A stretch of DNA of 64,000 bases from Tubulanus polymorphus (taxonomy: Eukaryota; Animalia; Nemertea), in assembly GCF_964204645.1 (NCBI RefSeq), contig NC_134036.1:7416163-7480162 (forward strand), read 5' to 3'. Position 1 is the first letter of the stretch. The number at the start of each line of letters is the position of its first letter. Both the position numbers and the translations under genes were made by a program. The notes beneath the pieces were generated by a model. The model did not search any database. It was not told where the DNA came from and was given only the letters and a program-made list of their open reading frames with translations. Below are positions 36,521-49,700 of the stretch, one piece after another.

Positions 36521-39500
36521 CGGCGGTGGTTGTTCGAAAAACGACTAAGCGCTGACCGGGTCATGATCAGCGTTACGACCCGGTGCAGTGAGGGAGGGAG
36601 GGAGGGAGGCAGTAGGTCGGTCGTCCGTCCGTTCGTCAGTGTGCCGGCGGTGGTTGTTCGAAAAACGACTAAGTGCTTACCGGGCCTTGATCAGCGTTAC
36701 GACCCGGTGCAGTGAGGGAGGGAGGGAGGGAGGCAGTAGGTCGGTCGTCCATCCGTTCGTCAGTGTGCCGGCGGTGGTTGTTCGAAAAACGACTAAGTGC
36801 TGACCGGGCCATGATCAGCGTTACGACCCGGTGCAGTGAGGGAGGGAGGGAGGCACTAGGACAGTCGTCCGCCCGTTAGTCAGTGTGTCGGCGGTTGTTG
36901 TTCGAAAAACGACTAAGTGCTGACCGGGCCATGAACAGCGTTACGACCCGGCACCGGTCAGGGAGGGAGGCAGTAGGTCGGTCGTCCGTCCGTTCGTCAT
37001 TGTGCCGGCGGTGGTAGTTCGAAAAACGACTAAGTGCTGACCGGGCCTTGATCAGCGTTACGACCCGGAGCATTGAGGGAGGGAGGGAGGCAGTAGGTCG
37101 GTCGTCCGTCCGTTTGTCAGTGTGCCGGCAGCGATGGTTGTTCGAAAAATGACTAAGGGCTGACCGGGCCTTGATCAGCGTTACGACCCGGAGCATTGAG
37201 GGAGGGAGGGAGGCAGTAGGTCGGTCGTCCATCCGTTCGTCAGTGTGCCGGCGGTGGTAGTTCGAAAAACGACTAAGTGCTGACCGGGCCTAGATCAGCG
37301 TTACGACCCGGTGCAGTGAGGGAGGGAGGGAGGCAGTAGGTCGGTCGTCCGTCCGGTCGTCAGTGTGCCGGCGGTGGTTGTTCGAAAAACGACTAAGTGC
37401 TGACCGGGCCATGAACAGCGTTACGACCCGGCACCGGTCAGGAAGGGAGGGAGGGTGGCAGTAGGTCGGTCGTCCGTCCGTTCGTCAGTGTGCCGGCGGT
37501 GGTAGTTCGAAAAACGACTAAGTGCTGACCGGGCCATGAACAGCGTTACGACCCGGCACCGGTCAGGAAGGGAGGGAGGGTGGCAGTAGGTCGGTCGTCC
37601 ATCCGTTCGTCAGTGTGCCGGCGGTGGTAGTTCGAAAAAAGACTAAGTGCTGACCGGGCCTTGATCAGCGTTACGACCCGGTACAGTGAGGGAGGGAGGG
37701 AGGCAGTAGGTCGGTCGTCCGTCCGTTCGTCAGTGTGCCGGCGGTGGTTGTTCGAAAAACGACTAAGTGCTGACCGGGTCATGATCAGCGTTACGACCCG
37801 GTGCAGTGAGGGAGGGAGGGAGGGAGGCAGTAGGTCGGTCGTCCATCCGTTCGTCAGTGTGCCGGCGATGGTTGTTCGAAAAACGACTAAGTGCTGACCG
37901 GGCCTTGATCAGCGTTACGACCCGGTGCAGTGAGGGAGGGAGGGAGGCACTAGGACAGTCGTCCGCCCGTTAGTCAGTGTGCCGGCGGTGGTTGTTCGAA
38001 AAACGACTAAGTGCTGACCGGGCCTTGATCAGCGTTACGACCCGGCACCGGTCAGGGAGGGAGGGAGGGAGGCAGTAGGTCGGTCGTCCGTCCGTTCGTC
38101 ACTGTGCCGGCGGTGGTAGTTCGAAAAACGACTAAGTGCTGACCGGGCCTTGATCAGCGTTACGACCCGGAGCTTTGAGGGAGGGAGGGAGGCAGTAGGT
38201 CGGTCGTCCGTCCGTTTGTCAGTGTGCCGGCAGTGATGGTTGTTCGAAAAAATGACTAAGGGCTGACCGGGCCATGAACAGCGTTACGACCCGGCGCTGG
38301 TCAGGGCGGGAGGGAGGGAGGCAGTAGGTCGGTCGTCCATCCGTTCGTCAGTGTGCCGGCGGTGGTTGTTCGAAAAACGACTAAGTGCTGACCGGGCCAT
38401 GAACAGCGTTACGACCCGGCACCGGTCAGGAAGGGAGGGAGGGTGGCAGTAGGTCGGTCGTCCGTTCGTTGGTCAGTGTGCCGGCGGTGGTAGTTCGAAA
38501 AACGACTAAGTGCTGACCGGGCCTTGATCAGCGTTACGACCCGGTGCAGTGAGGGAGGGAGGGAGGCAGTAGGTCGGTCGTCCGTCCGTTCGTCAGTGTG
38601 CCGGCGGTGGTTGTTCGAAAAACGACTAAGTGCTGACCGGGCCATGAACAGCGTTACGACCCGGCACCGGTCAGGAAGGGAGGGAGGGTGGCAGTAGGTC
38701 GGTCGTCCGTTCGTTGGTCAGTGTGCCGGCGGTGGTAGTTCGAAAAACGACTAAGTGCTGACCGGGCCATGAACAGCGTTACGACCCGGCACCGGTCAGG
38801 AAGGGAGGGAGGGTGGCAGTAGGTCGGTCGTCCATCCGTTCGTCAGTGTGCCGGCGGTGGTAGTTCGAAAAACGACTAAGTGCTGACCGGGCCTTGATCA
38901 GCGTTACGACCCGGTACAGTGAGGGAGGGAGGGAGGCAGTAGGTCGGTCGTCCGTCCGTTCGTCAGTGTGCCGGCGGTGGTTGTTCGAAAAACGACTAAG
39001 TGCTGACCGGGCCTTGATCAGCGTTACGACCCGGAGCATTGAGGGAGGGAGGGAGGCAGTAGGTCGGTCGTCCGTCCGTCCGTTTGTCAGTGTGCCGGCA
39101 GCGATGGTTGTTCGAAAAATGACTAAGGGCTGACCGGGCCTTGATCAGCGTTACGACCCGGAGCATTGAGGGAGGGAGGGAGGGAGGCAGTAGGTCGGTC
39201 GTCCATCCGTTCGTCAGTGTGCCGGCGGTGGTAGTTCGAAAAACGACTAAGTGCTGACCGGGCCTTGATCAGCGTTACGACCCGGTGCAGTGAGGGAGGG
39301 AGGGAGGCAGTAGGTCGGTCGTCCGTCCGTTCGTCAGTGTGCCGGTGGTGGTTGTTCGAAAAACGACTAAGTGCTGACCGGGCCTTGATCAGCGTTACGA
39401 CCCGGCGCAGTGAGGGAGGGAGGGAGGGAGGCAGTAGGTCGGTCGTCCATCCGTTCGTCAGTGTGCCGGCGGTGGTTGTTCGAAAAACGACTAAGTGCTG

Positions 39501-42500
39501 ACCGGGCCTTGATCAGCGTTACGACCCGGTGCAGTGAGGGAGGGAGGGAGGCACTAGGACAGTCGTCCGCCCGTTAGTCAGTGTGTCGGCGGTTGTTGTT
39601 CGAAAAACGACTAAGTGCTGACCGGGCCATGAACAGCGTTACGACCCGGCACCGGTCAGGAAGGGAGGGAGGGTGGCAGTAGGTCGGTCGTCCGTTCGTT
39701 CGTCAGTGTGCCGGCGGTTGTTGTTCGAAAAACGACTAAGTGCTGACCGGGCCTTGATCAGCGTTACGACCCGGTGCAGTGAGGGAGGGAGGGAGGCAGT
39801 AGGTCGGTCGTCCATCCGTTCGTCAGTGTGCCGGCGGTGGTAGTTCGAAAAACGACTAAGTGCTGACCGGGCCTTGATCAGCGTTACGACCCGGTGCAGT
39901 GAGGGAGGGAGGGAGGGAGGCAGTAGGTCGGTCGTCCATCCGTTCGTCAGTGTGCCGGCGGTGGTTGTTCGAAAAACGACTAAGTGCTGACCGGGCCATG
40001 ATCAGCGTTACGACCCGGTGCAGTGAGGGAGGGAGGGAGGCACTAGGACAGTCGTCCGCCCGTTAGTCAGTGTGCCGGCGGTGGTTGTTCGAAAAACGAC
40101 TAAGTGCTGACCGGGCCTTGATCAGCGTTACGACCCGGCACCGGTCAGGGAGGGAGGGAGGGAGGCAGTAGGTCGGTCGTCCGTCCGTTCGTCACTGTGC
40201 CGGCGGTGGTAGTTCGAAAAACGACTAAGTGCTGACCGGGCCTTGATCAGCGTTACGACCCGGCACCGGTCAGGAAGGGAGGGAGGGTGGCAGTAGGTCG
40301 GTCGTCCATCCGTTCGTCAGTGTGCCGGCGGTGGTAGTTCGAAAAACGACTAAGTGCTGACCGGGCCTTGATCAGCGTTACGACCCGGTACAGTGAGGGA
40401 GGGAGGGAGGCAGTAGGTCGGTCGTCCGTCCGTTCGTCAGTGTGCCGGCGGTGGTTGTTCGAAAAACGACTAAGTGCTGACCGGGTCATGATCAGCGTTA
40501 CGACCCGGTGCAGTGAGGGAGGGAGGGAGGGTGGCAGTAGGTCGGTCGTCCATCCGTTCGTCAGTGTGCCGGCGGTGGTAGTTCGAAAAACGACTAAGTG
40601 CTGACCGGGCCTTGATCAGCGTTACGACCCGGTACAGTGAGGGAGGGAGGGAGGCAGTAGGTCGGTCGTCCGTCCGTTCGTCAGTGTGCCGGCGGTGGTT
40701 GTTCGAAAAACGACTAAGTGCTGACCGGGTTATGATCAGCGTTACGACCCGGTGCAGTGAGGGAGGGAGGGAGGGAGGCAGTAGGTCGGTCGTCCATCCG
40801 TTCGTCAGTGTGCCGGCGATGGTTGTTCGAAAAACGACTAAGTGCTGACCGGGCCTTGATCAGCGTTACGACCCGGTGCAGTGAGGGAGGGAGGGAGGCA
40901 CTAGGACAGTCGTCCGCCCGTTAGTCAGTGTGCCGGCGGTGGTTGTTCGAAAAACGACTAAGTGCTGACCGGGCCTTGATCAGCGTTACGACCCGGCACC
41001 GGTCAGGGAGGGAGGGAGGGAGGCAGTAGGTCGGTCGTCCGTCCGTTCGTCACTGTGCCGGCGGTGGTAGTTCGAAAAACGACTAAGTGCTGACCGGGCC
41101 TTGATCAGCGTTACGACCCGGAGCATTGAGGGAGGGAGGGAGGGAGGCAGTAGGTCGGTCGTCCGTCCGTTTGTCAGTGTGCCGGCAGTGATGGTTGTTC
41201 GAAAAAATGACTAAGGGCTGACCGGGCCTTGATCAGCGTTACGACCCGGCGCTGGTCAGGGAGGGAGGGAGGGAGGCAGTAGGTCGGTCGTCCATCCGTT
41301 CGTCAGTGTGCCGGCGGTGGTAGTTCGAAAAACGACTAAGTGCTGACCGGGCCTTGATCAGCGTTACGACCCGGTGCAGTGAGGGAGGGAGGGAGGCAGT
41401 AGGTCGGTCGTCCGTCCGTTTGTCAGTGTGCCGGCAGTGATGGTTGTTCGAAAAACGACTAAGTGCTGACCGGGCCTTGATCAGCGTTACGACCCGGTGC
41501 AGTGAGGGAGGGAGGGAGGCAGTAGGTCGGTCGTCCATCCGTTCGTCAGTGTGCCGGCGGTGGTAGTTCGAAAAACGACTAAGTGCTGACCGGGCCTAGA
41601 TCAGCGTTACGACCCGGTGCAGTGAGGGAGGGAGGGAGGCAGTAGGTCGGTCGTCCGTCCGGTCGTCAATGTGCTGGCGGTGGTTGTTCGAAAAACGACT
41701 AAGTGCTGACCGGGCCATGATCAGCGTTACGACCCGGTGCAGTGAGGGAGGGAGGGAGGAACTAGGACAGTCGTCCGCCCGTTAGTCAGTGTGTCGGCGG
41801 TTGTTGTTCGAAAAACGACTAAGTGCTGACCGGGCCATGAACAGCGTTACGACCCGGCACCGGTCAGGAAGGGAGGGAGGGTGGCAGTAGGTCGGTCGTC
41901 CGTTCGTTGGTCAGTGTGCCGGCGGTGGTAGTTCGAAAAACGACTAAGTGCTGACCGGGCCTTGATCAGCGTTACGACCCGGAGCATTGAGGGAGGGAGG
42001 GAGGCAGTAGGTCGGTCGTCCGTCCGTTTGTCAGTGTGCCGGCAGTGATGGTTGTTCGAAAAACGACTAAGGGCTGACCGGGCCTTAATCAGCGTTACGA
42101 CCCGGCGCTGGTCAGGGAGGGAGGGAGGGAGGCAGTAGGTCGGTCGTCCATCCGTTCGTCAGTGTGCCGGCGGTGGTAGTTCGAAAAACGACTAAGTGCT
42201 GACCGGGCCTTGATCAGCGTTACGACCCGGTGCAGTGAGGGAGGGAGGGAGGCAGTAGGTCGGTCGTCCGTCCGTTTGTCAGTGTGCCGGCAGTGATGGT
42301 TGTTCGAAAAACGACTAAGTGCTGACCGGGCCTTGATCAGCGTTACGACCCGGTGCAGTGAGGGAGGGAGGGAGGCAGTAGGTTGTTCGTCCGTCCGTTC
42401 GTCAGTGTGCCGGCGGTGGTTGTTCGAAAAACGACTAAGTGCTGACCGGGCCTTGATCAGCGTTACGACCCGGTGCAGTGAGGGAGGGAGGGAGGCAGTA

Positions 42501-43701
42501 GGTTGGTCGTCCGTCCGTTCGTCAGTGTGCCGGCGGTGGTTGTTCGAAAAACGACTAAGTGCTGACCGGGCCTTGATCAGCGTTACGACCCGGAGCAGTG
42601 AGGGAGGGAGGGAGGTAGTAGGTCGGTCGTCCGTTCGTTCGTCAGTGTGCCGGCGGTGGTTGTTCGAAAAACGACTAAGTGCTGACCGGGCCTTGATCAG
42701 CGTTACGACCCGGCACCGGTCAGGGAGGGAGGGAGGGAGGCAGTAGGTCGGTCGTCCGTCCGTTCGTCATTGTGCCGGCGGTGATTGTTCGAAAAACGAC
42801 TAAGTGCTGACCGGGCCTTAATCAGCGTTACGACCAGGCACCGGTCAGGGAGGGAGGGAGGGAGGCAGTAGGTCGGTCGTCCATCCGTTCGTCAGTGTGC
42901 CGGCGGTGGTAGTTCGAAAAACGACTAAGTGCTGACCGGGCCTAGATCAGCGTTACGACCCGTTGCAGTGAGGGAGGGAGGGAGGCAGTAGGTCGGTCGT
43001 CCGTCCGGTCGTCAGTGTGCCGGCGGTGGTTGTTCGAAAAACGACTAAGTGCTGACCGGGCCTTGATCAGCGTTACGACCCGGTGCAGTGAGGGAGGGAG
43101 GGAGGCACTAGGACAGTCGTCCGCCCGTTAGTCAGTGTGTCGGCGGTTGTTGTTCGAAAAACGACTAAGTGCTGACCGGGCCATGAACAGCGTTACGACC
43201 CGGCACCGGTCAGGAAGGGAGGGAGGGTGGCAGTAGGTCGGTCGTCCGTCCGTTCGTCAGTGTGCCGGCGGTGGTTGTTCGAAAAACGAATAAGTGCTGA
43301 CCGGGCCTTAATCAGCGTTACGACCCGGCACCGGTCAGGGAGGGAGGGAGGGAGGCAGTAGGTCGGTCGTCCGTCCGTTCGTCAGTGTGCCGGCGGTGGT
43401 TGTTCGAAAAACGACTAAGTGCTGACCGGGCCTTGATCAGCGTTACGACCCGGAGCAGTGAGGGAGGGAGGGAGGCAGTAGGTCGGTCGTCTGTCCGTTC
43501 GCCAGTGTGCCGGCGGTGGTTGTTCGAAAAACGACTAAGTGCTGACCGGGCCTTGATCAGCGTTACGACCCAGAGCATTGAGGGAGGGAGGGAGGGAGTA
43601 GGTCGGTCGTCCGTCCGTTTGTCAGTGTGCCGGCAGTGATGGTTGTTCGAAAAACGACTAAGGGCTGACCGGGCCTTAATCAGCGTTACGACCCGGCGCT
43701 G

Positions 43702-46700
43702 GTCAGGGAGGGAGGGAGGGAGGCAGTAGGTCGGTCGTCCGTCCGTTCGTCATTGTGCCGGCGGTGATAGTTCGAAAAACGACTAAGTGCTGACCGGGCC
43801 TTGATCAGCGTTACGACCCGGTGCAGTGAGGGAGGGAGGGAGGGAGGAACTAGGACAGTCGTCCGCCCGTTAGTCAGTGTGTCGGCGGTTGTTGTTCGAA
43901 AAACGACTAAGTGCTGACCGGGCCATGAACAGCGTTACGACCCGGCACCGGTCAGGAAGGGAGGGAGGGTGGCAGTAGGTCGGTCGTCCGTTCGTTGGTC
44001 AGTGTGCCGGCGGTGGTAGTTCGAAAAACGACTAAGTGCTGACCGGGCCTTGATCAGCGTTACGACCCGGTGCAGTGAGGGAGGGAGGGAGGGAGGCAGT
44101 AGGTCGGTCGTCCGTCCGTTCGTCAGTGTGCCGGCGGTGGTAGTTCGAAAAACGACTAAGTGCTGACCGGGCCATGAACAGCGTTACGACCCGGCACCGG
44201 TCAGGAAGGGAGGGAGGGTGGCAGTAGGTCGGTCGTCCATCCGTTCGTCAGTGTGCCGGCGGTGGTAGTTCGAAAAACGACTAAGTGCTGACCGGGCCTT
44301 GATCAGCGTTACGACCCGGCACAGTGAGGGAGGGAGGGAGGCAGTAGGTCGGTCGTCCGTCCGTTCGTCAGTGTGCCGGCGGTGGTTGTTCGAAAAACGA
44401 CTAAGTGCTGACCGGGTCATGATCAGCGTTACGACCCGGTGCAGTGAGGGAGGGAGGGAGGGAGGCAGTAGGTCGGTCGTCCATCCGTTCGTCAGTGTGC
44501 CGGCGATGGTTGTTCGAAAAACGACGAAGTGCTGACTGGGCCTTGATCAGCGTTACGACCCGGTGCAGTGAGGGAGGGAGGGAGGCACTAGGACAGTCGT
44601 CCGCCCGTTAGTCAGTGTGCCGGCGGTGGTTGTTCGAAAAACGACTAAGTGCTGACCGGGCCTTGATCAGCGTTACGACCCGGCACCGGTCAGGGAGGGA
44701 GGGAGGGAGGCAGTAGGTCGGTCGTCCGTCCGTTCGTCACTGTGCCGGCGGTGGTAGTTCGAAAAACGACTAAGTGCTGACCGGGCCTTGATCAGCGTTA
44801 CGACCCGGAGCATTGAGGGAGGGAGGGAGGCAGTAGGTCGGTCGTCCGTCCGTTTGTCAGTGTGCCGGCAGTGATGGTTGTTCGAAAAAATGACTAAGGG
44901 CTGACCGGGCCTTGATCAGCGTTACGACCCGGCGCTGGTCAGGGCGGGAGGGAGGGAGGCAGTAGGTCGGTCGTCCATCCGTTCGTCAGTGTGCCGGCGG
45001 TGGTAGTTCGAAAAACGACTAAGTGCTGACCGGGCCTAGATCAGCGTTACGACCCGGTGCAGTGAGGGAGGGAGGGAGGCAGTAGGTCGGTCGTCCGTCC
45101 GGTCGTCAATGTGCTGGCGGTGGTTGTTCGAAAAACGACTAAGTGCTGACCGGGCCTTGATCAGCGTTACGACCCGGTGCAGTGAGGGAGGGAGGGAGGA
45201 ACTAGGACAGTCGTCCGCCCGTTAGTCAGTGTGTCGGCGGTTGTTGTTCGAAAAACGACTAAGTGCTGACCGGGCCATGAACAGCGTTACGACCCGGCAC
45301 CGGTCAGGAAGGGAGGGAGGGTGGCAGTAGGTCGGTCGTCCGTTCGTTGGTCAGTGTGCCGGCGGTGGTAGTTCGAAAAACGACTAAGTGCTGACCGGGC
45401 CTTGATCAGCGTTACGACCCGGTGCAGTGAGGGAGGGAGGGAGGCAGTAGGTCGGTCTTCCGTCCGTTCGTCAGTGTGCCGGCGGTGGTAGTTCGAAAAA
45501 CGACTAAGTGCTGACCGGGCCATGAACAGCGTTACGACCCGGCACCGGTCAGGAAGGGAGGGAGGGTGGCAGTAGGTCGGTCGTCCATCCGTTCGTCAGT
45601 GTGCCGGCGGTGGTAGTTCGAAAAACGACTAAGTGCTGACCGGGCCTTGATCAGCGTTACGACCCGGTACAGTGAGGGAGGGAGGGAGGCAGTAGGTCGG
45701 TCGTCCGTCCGTTCGTCAGTTTGCCGGCGGTGGTTGTTCGAAAAACGACTAAGTGCTGACCGGGTCATGATCAGCGTTACGACCCGGTGCAGTGAGGGAG
45801 GGAGGAAGGGAGGCAGTAGGTCGGTCGTCCATCCGTTCGTCAGTGTGCCGGCGATGGTTGTTCGAAAAACGACTAATTGCTGACCGGGCCTTGATCAGCG
45901 TTACGACCCGGTGCAGTGAGGGAGGGAGGGAGGCACTAGGACAGTCGTCCGCCCGTTAGTCAGTGTGCCGGCGGTGGTTGTTCGAAAAACGACTAAGTGC
46001 TGACCGGGCCTTGATCAGCGTTACGACCCGGCACCGGTCAGGGAGGGAGGGAGGGAGGCAGTAGGTCGGTCGTCCGTCCGTTCGTCACTGTGCCGGCGAT
46101 GGTAGTTCGAAAAACGACTAAGTGCTGACCGGGCCTTGATCAGCGTTACGACCCGGAGCTTTGAGGGAGGGAGGGAGGCAGTAGGTCGGTCGTCCGTCCG
46201 TTTGTCAGTGTGCCGGCAGTGATGGTTGTTCGAAAAAATGACTAAGGGCTGACCGGGCCTTGATCAGCGTTACGACCCGGCGCTGGTCAGGGCGGGAGGG
46301 AGGGAGGCAGTAGGTCGGTCGTCCATCCGTTCGTCAGTGTGCCGGCGGTGGTAGTTCGAAAAACGACTAAGTGCTGACCGGGCCTAGATCAGCGTTACGA
46401 CCCTGTGCAGTGAGGGAGGGAGGGAGGCAGTAGGTCGGTCGTCCGTCCGGTCGTCAGTGTGCCGGCGGTGGTTGTTCGAAAAACGACTAAGTGCTGACCG
46501 GGCCATGATCAGCGTTACGACCCGGTGCAGTGAGGGTGGGAGGGAGGAACTAGGACAGTCGTCCGCCCGTTAGTCAGTGTGTCGGCGGTTGTTGTTCGAA
46601 AAACGACTAAGTGCTGACCGGGCCATGAACAGCGTTACGACCCGGCACCGGTCAGATAGGGAGGGAGGGTGGCAGTAGGTCGGTCGTCCGTTCGTTGGTC

Positions 46701-49700
46701 AGTGTGCCGGCGGTGGTAGTTCGAAAAACGACTAAGTGCTGACCGGGCCTTGATCAGCGTTACGACCCGGTGCAGTGAGGGAGGGAGGGAGGCAGTAGGT
46801 CGGTCGTCCGTCCGTTCGTCAGTGTGCCGGCGGTGGTAGTTCGAAAAACGACTAAGTGCTGACCGGGCCATGAACAGCGTTACGACCCGGCACCGGTCAG
46901 GAAGGGAGGAAGGGTGTTAGTAGGTCGGTCGTCCATCCGTTCGTCAGTGTGCCGGCGGTGGTAGTTCGAAAAACGACTAAGTGCTGACCGGGCCTTGATC
47001 AGCGTTACGACCCGGTACAGTGAGGGAGGGAGGGAGGCAGTAGGTCGGTCGTCCGTCCGTTCGTCAGTGTGCCGGCGGTGGTTGTTCGAAAAACGACTAA
47101 GTGCTGACCGGGTCATGATCAGCGTTACGACCCGGTGCAGTGAGGGAGGGAGGGAGGGAGGCAGTAGGTCGGTCGTCCATCCGTTCGTCAGTGTGCCGGC
47201 GGTGGTTGTTCGAAAAACGACTAAGTGCTGACCGGGCCTTGATCAGCGTTACGACCCGGTGCAGTGAGGGAGGGAGGGAGGGAGGCAGTAGGTCGGTCGT
47301 CCATCCGTTCGTCAGTGTGCCGGCGGTGGTTGTTCGAAAAACGACTAAGTGCTGACCGGGCCATGAACAGCGTTACGACCCGGTACCGGTCAGGAAGGGA
47401 GGGAGGGTGGCAGTAGGTCGGTCGTCCGTTCGTTCGTCAGTGTGCCGGCGGTGGTTGTTCGAAAAACGACTAAGTGCTGACCGGGCCATGAACAGCGTTA
47501 CGACCCGGCACCGGTCAGGAAGGGAGGGAGGGTGGCAGTAGGTCGGTCGTCCGTTCGTTGGTCAGTGTGCCGGCGGTGGTAGTTCGAAAAACGACTAAGT
47601 GCTGACCGGGCCATGAACAGCGTTACGACCCGGCACCGGTCAGGAAGGGAGGGAGGGTGGCAGTAGGTCGGTCGTCCATCCGTTCGTCAGTGTGCCGGCG
47701 GTGGTAGTTCGAAAAACGACTAAGTGCTGACCGGGCCTTGATCAGCGTTACGACCCGGTGCAGTGAGGGAGGGAGGGAGGCAGTAGGTCGGTCGTCCGTC
47801 CGTTCGTCAGTGTGCCGGCGGTGGTTGTTCGAAAAACGACTAAGTGCTGACCGGGTCATGATCAGCGTTACGACCCGGTGCAGTGAGGGAGGGAGGGAGG
47901 GAGGCAGTAGGTCGGTCGTCCGTCCGTTCGTCAGTGTGCCGGCGGTGGTTGTTCGAAAAACGACTAAGTGCTTACCGGGCCTTGATCAGCGTTACGACCC
48001 GGTGCAGTGAGGGAGGGAGGGAGGGAGGCAGTAGGTCGGTCGTCCATCCGTTCGTCAGTGTGCCGGCGGTGGTTGTTCGAAAAACGACTAAGTGCTGACC
48101 GGGCCATGATCAGCGTTACGACCCGGTGCAGTGAGGGAGGGAGGGAGGCACTAGGACAGTCGTCCGCCCGTTAGTCAGTGTGTCGGCGGTTGTTGTTCGA
48201 AAAACGACTAAGTGCTGACCGGGCCATGAACAGCGTTACGACCCGGCACCGGTCAGGGAGGGAGGCAGTAGGTCGGTCGTCCGTCCGTTCGTCATTGTGC
48301 CGGCGGTGGTAGTTCGAAAAACGACTAAGTGCTGACCGGGCCTTGATCAGCGTTACGACCCGGAGCATTGAGGGAGGGAGGGAGGCAGTAGGTCGGTCGT
48401 CCGTCCGTTTGTCAGTGTGCCGGCAGCGATGGTTGTTCGAAAAATGACTAAGGGCTGACCGGGCCTTGATCAGCGTTACGACCCGGAGCATTGAGGGAGG
48501 GAGGGAGGCAGTAGGTCGGTCGTCCATCCGTTCGTCAGTGTGCCGGCGGTGGTAGTTCGAAAAACGACTAAGTGCTGACCGGGCCTAGATCAGCGTTACG
48601 ACCCGGTGCAGTGAGGGAGGGAGGGAGGCAGTAGGTCGGTCGTCCGTCCGGTCGTCAGTGTGCCGGCGGTGGTTGTTCGAAAAACGACTAAGTGCTGACC
48701 GGGCCATGAACAGCGTTACGACCCGGCACCGGTCAGGAAGGGAGGGAGGGTGGCAGTAGGTCGGTCGTCCGTCCGTTCGTCAGTGTGCCGGCGGTGGTAG
48801 TTCGAAAAACGACTAAGTGCTGACCGGGCCATGAACAGCGTTACGACCCGGCACCGGTCAGGAAGGGAGGGAGGGTGGCAGTAGGTCGGTCGTCCATCCG
48901 TTCGTCAGTGTGCCGGCGGTGGTAGTTCGAAAAACGACTAAGTGCTGACCGGGCCTTGATCAGCGTTACGACCCGGTACAGTGAGGGAGGGAGGGAGGCA
49001 GTAGGTCGGTCGTCCGTCCGTTCGTCAGTGTGCCGGCGGTGGTTGTTCGAAAAACGACTAAGTGCTGACCGGGTCATGATCAGCGTTACGACCCGGTGCA
49101 GTGAGGGAGGGAGGGAGGGAGGCAGTAGGTCGGTCGTCCATCCGTTCGTCAGTGTGCCGGCGATGGTTGTTCGAAAAACGACTAAGTGCTGACCGGGCCT
49201 TGATCAGCGTTACGACCCGGTGCAGTGAGGGAGGGAGGGAGGCACTAGGACAGTCGTCCGCCCGTTAGTCAGTGTGCCGGCGGTGGTTGTTCGAAAAACG
49301 ACTAAGTGCTGACCGGGCCTTGATCAGCGTTACGACCCGGCACCGGTCAGGGAGGGAGGGAGGGAGGCAGTAGGTCGGTCGTCCGTCCGTTCGTCACTGT
49401 GCCGGCGGTGGTAGTTCGAAAAACGACTAAGTGCTGACCGGGCCTTGATCAGCGTTACGACCCGGAGCTTTGAGGGAGGGAGGGAGGCAGTAGGTCGGTC
49501 GTCCGTCCGTTTGTCAGTGTGCCGGCAGTGATGGTTGTTCGAAAAAATGACTAAGGGCTGACCGGGCCATGAACAGCGTTACGACCCGGCGCTGGTCAGG
49601 GCGGGAGGGAGGGAGGCAGTAGGTCGGTCGTCCATCCGTTCGTCAGTGTGCCGGCGGTGGTTGTTCGAAAAACGACTAAGTGCTGACCGGGCCATGAACA

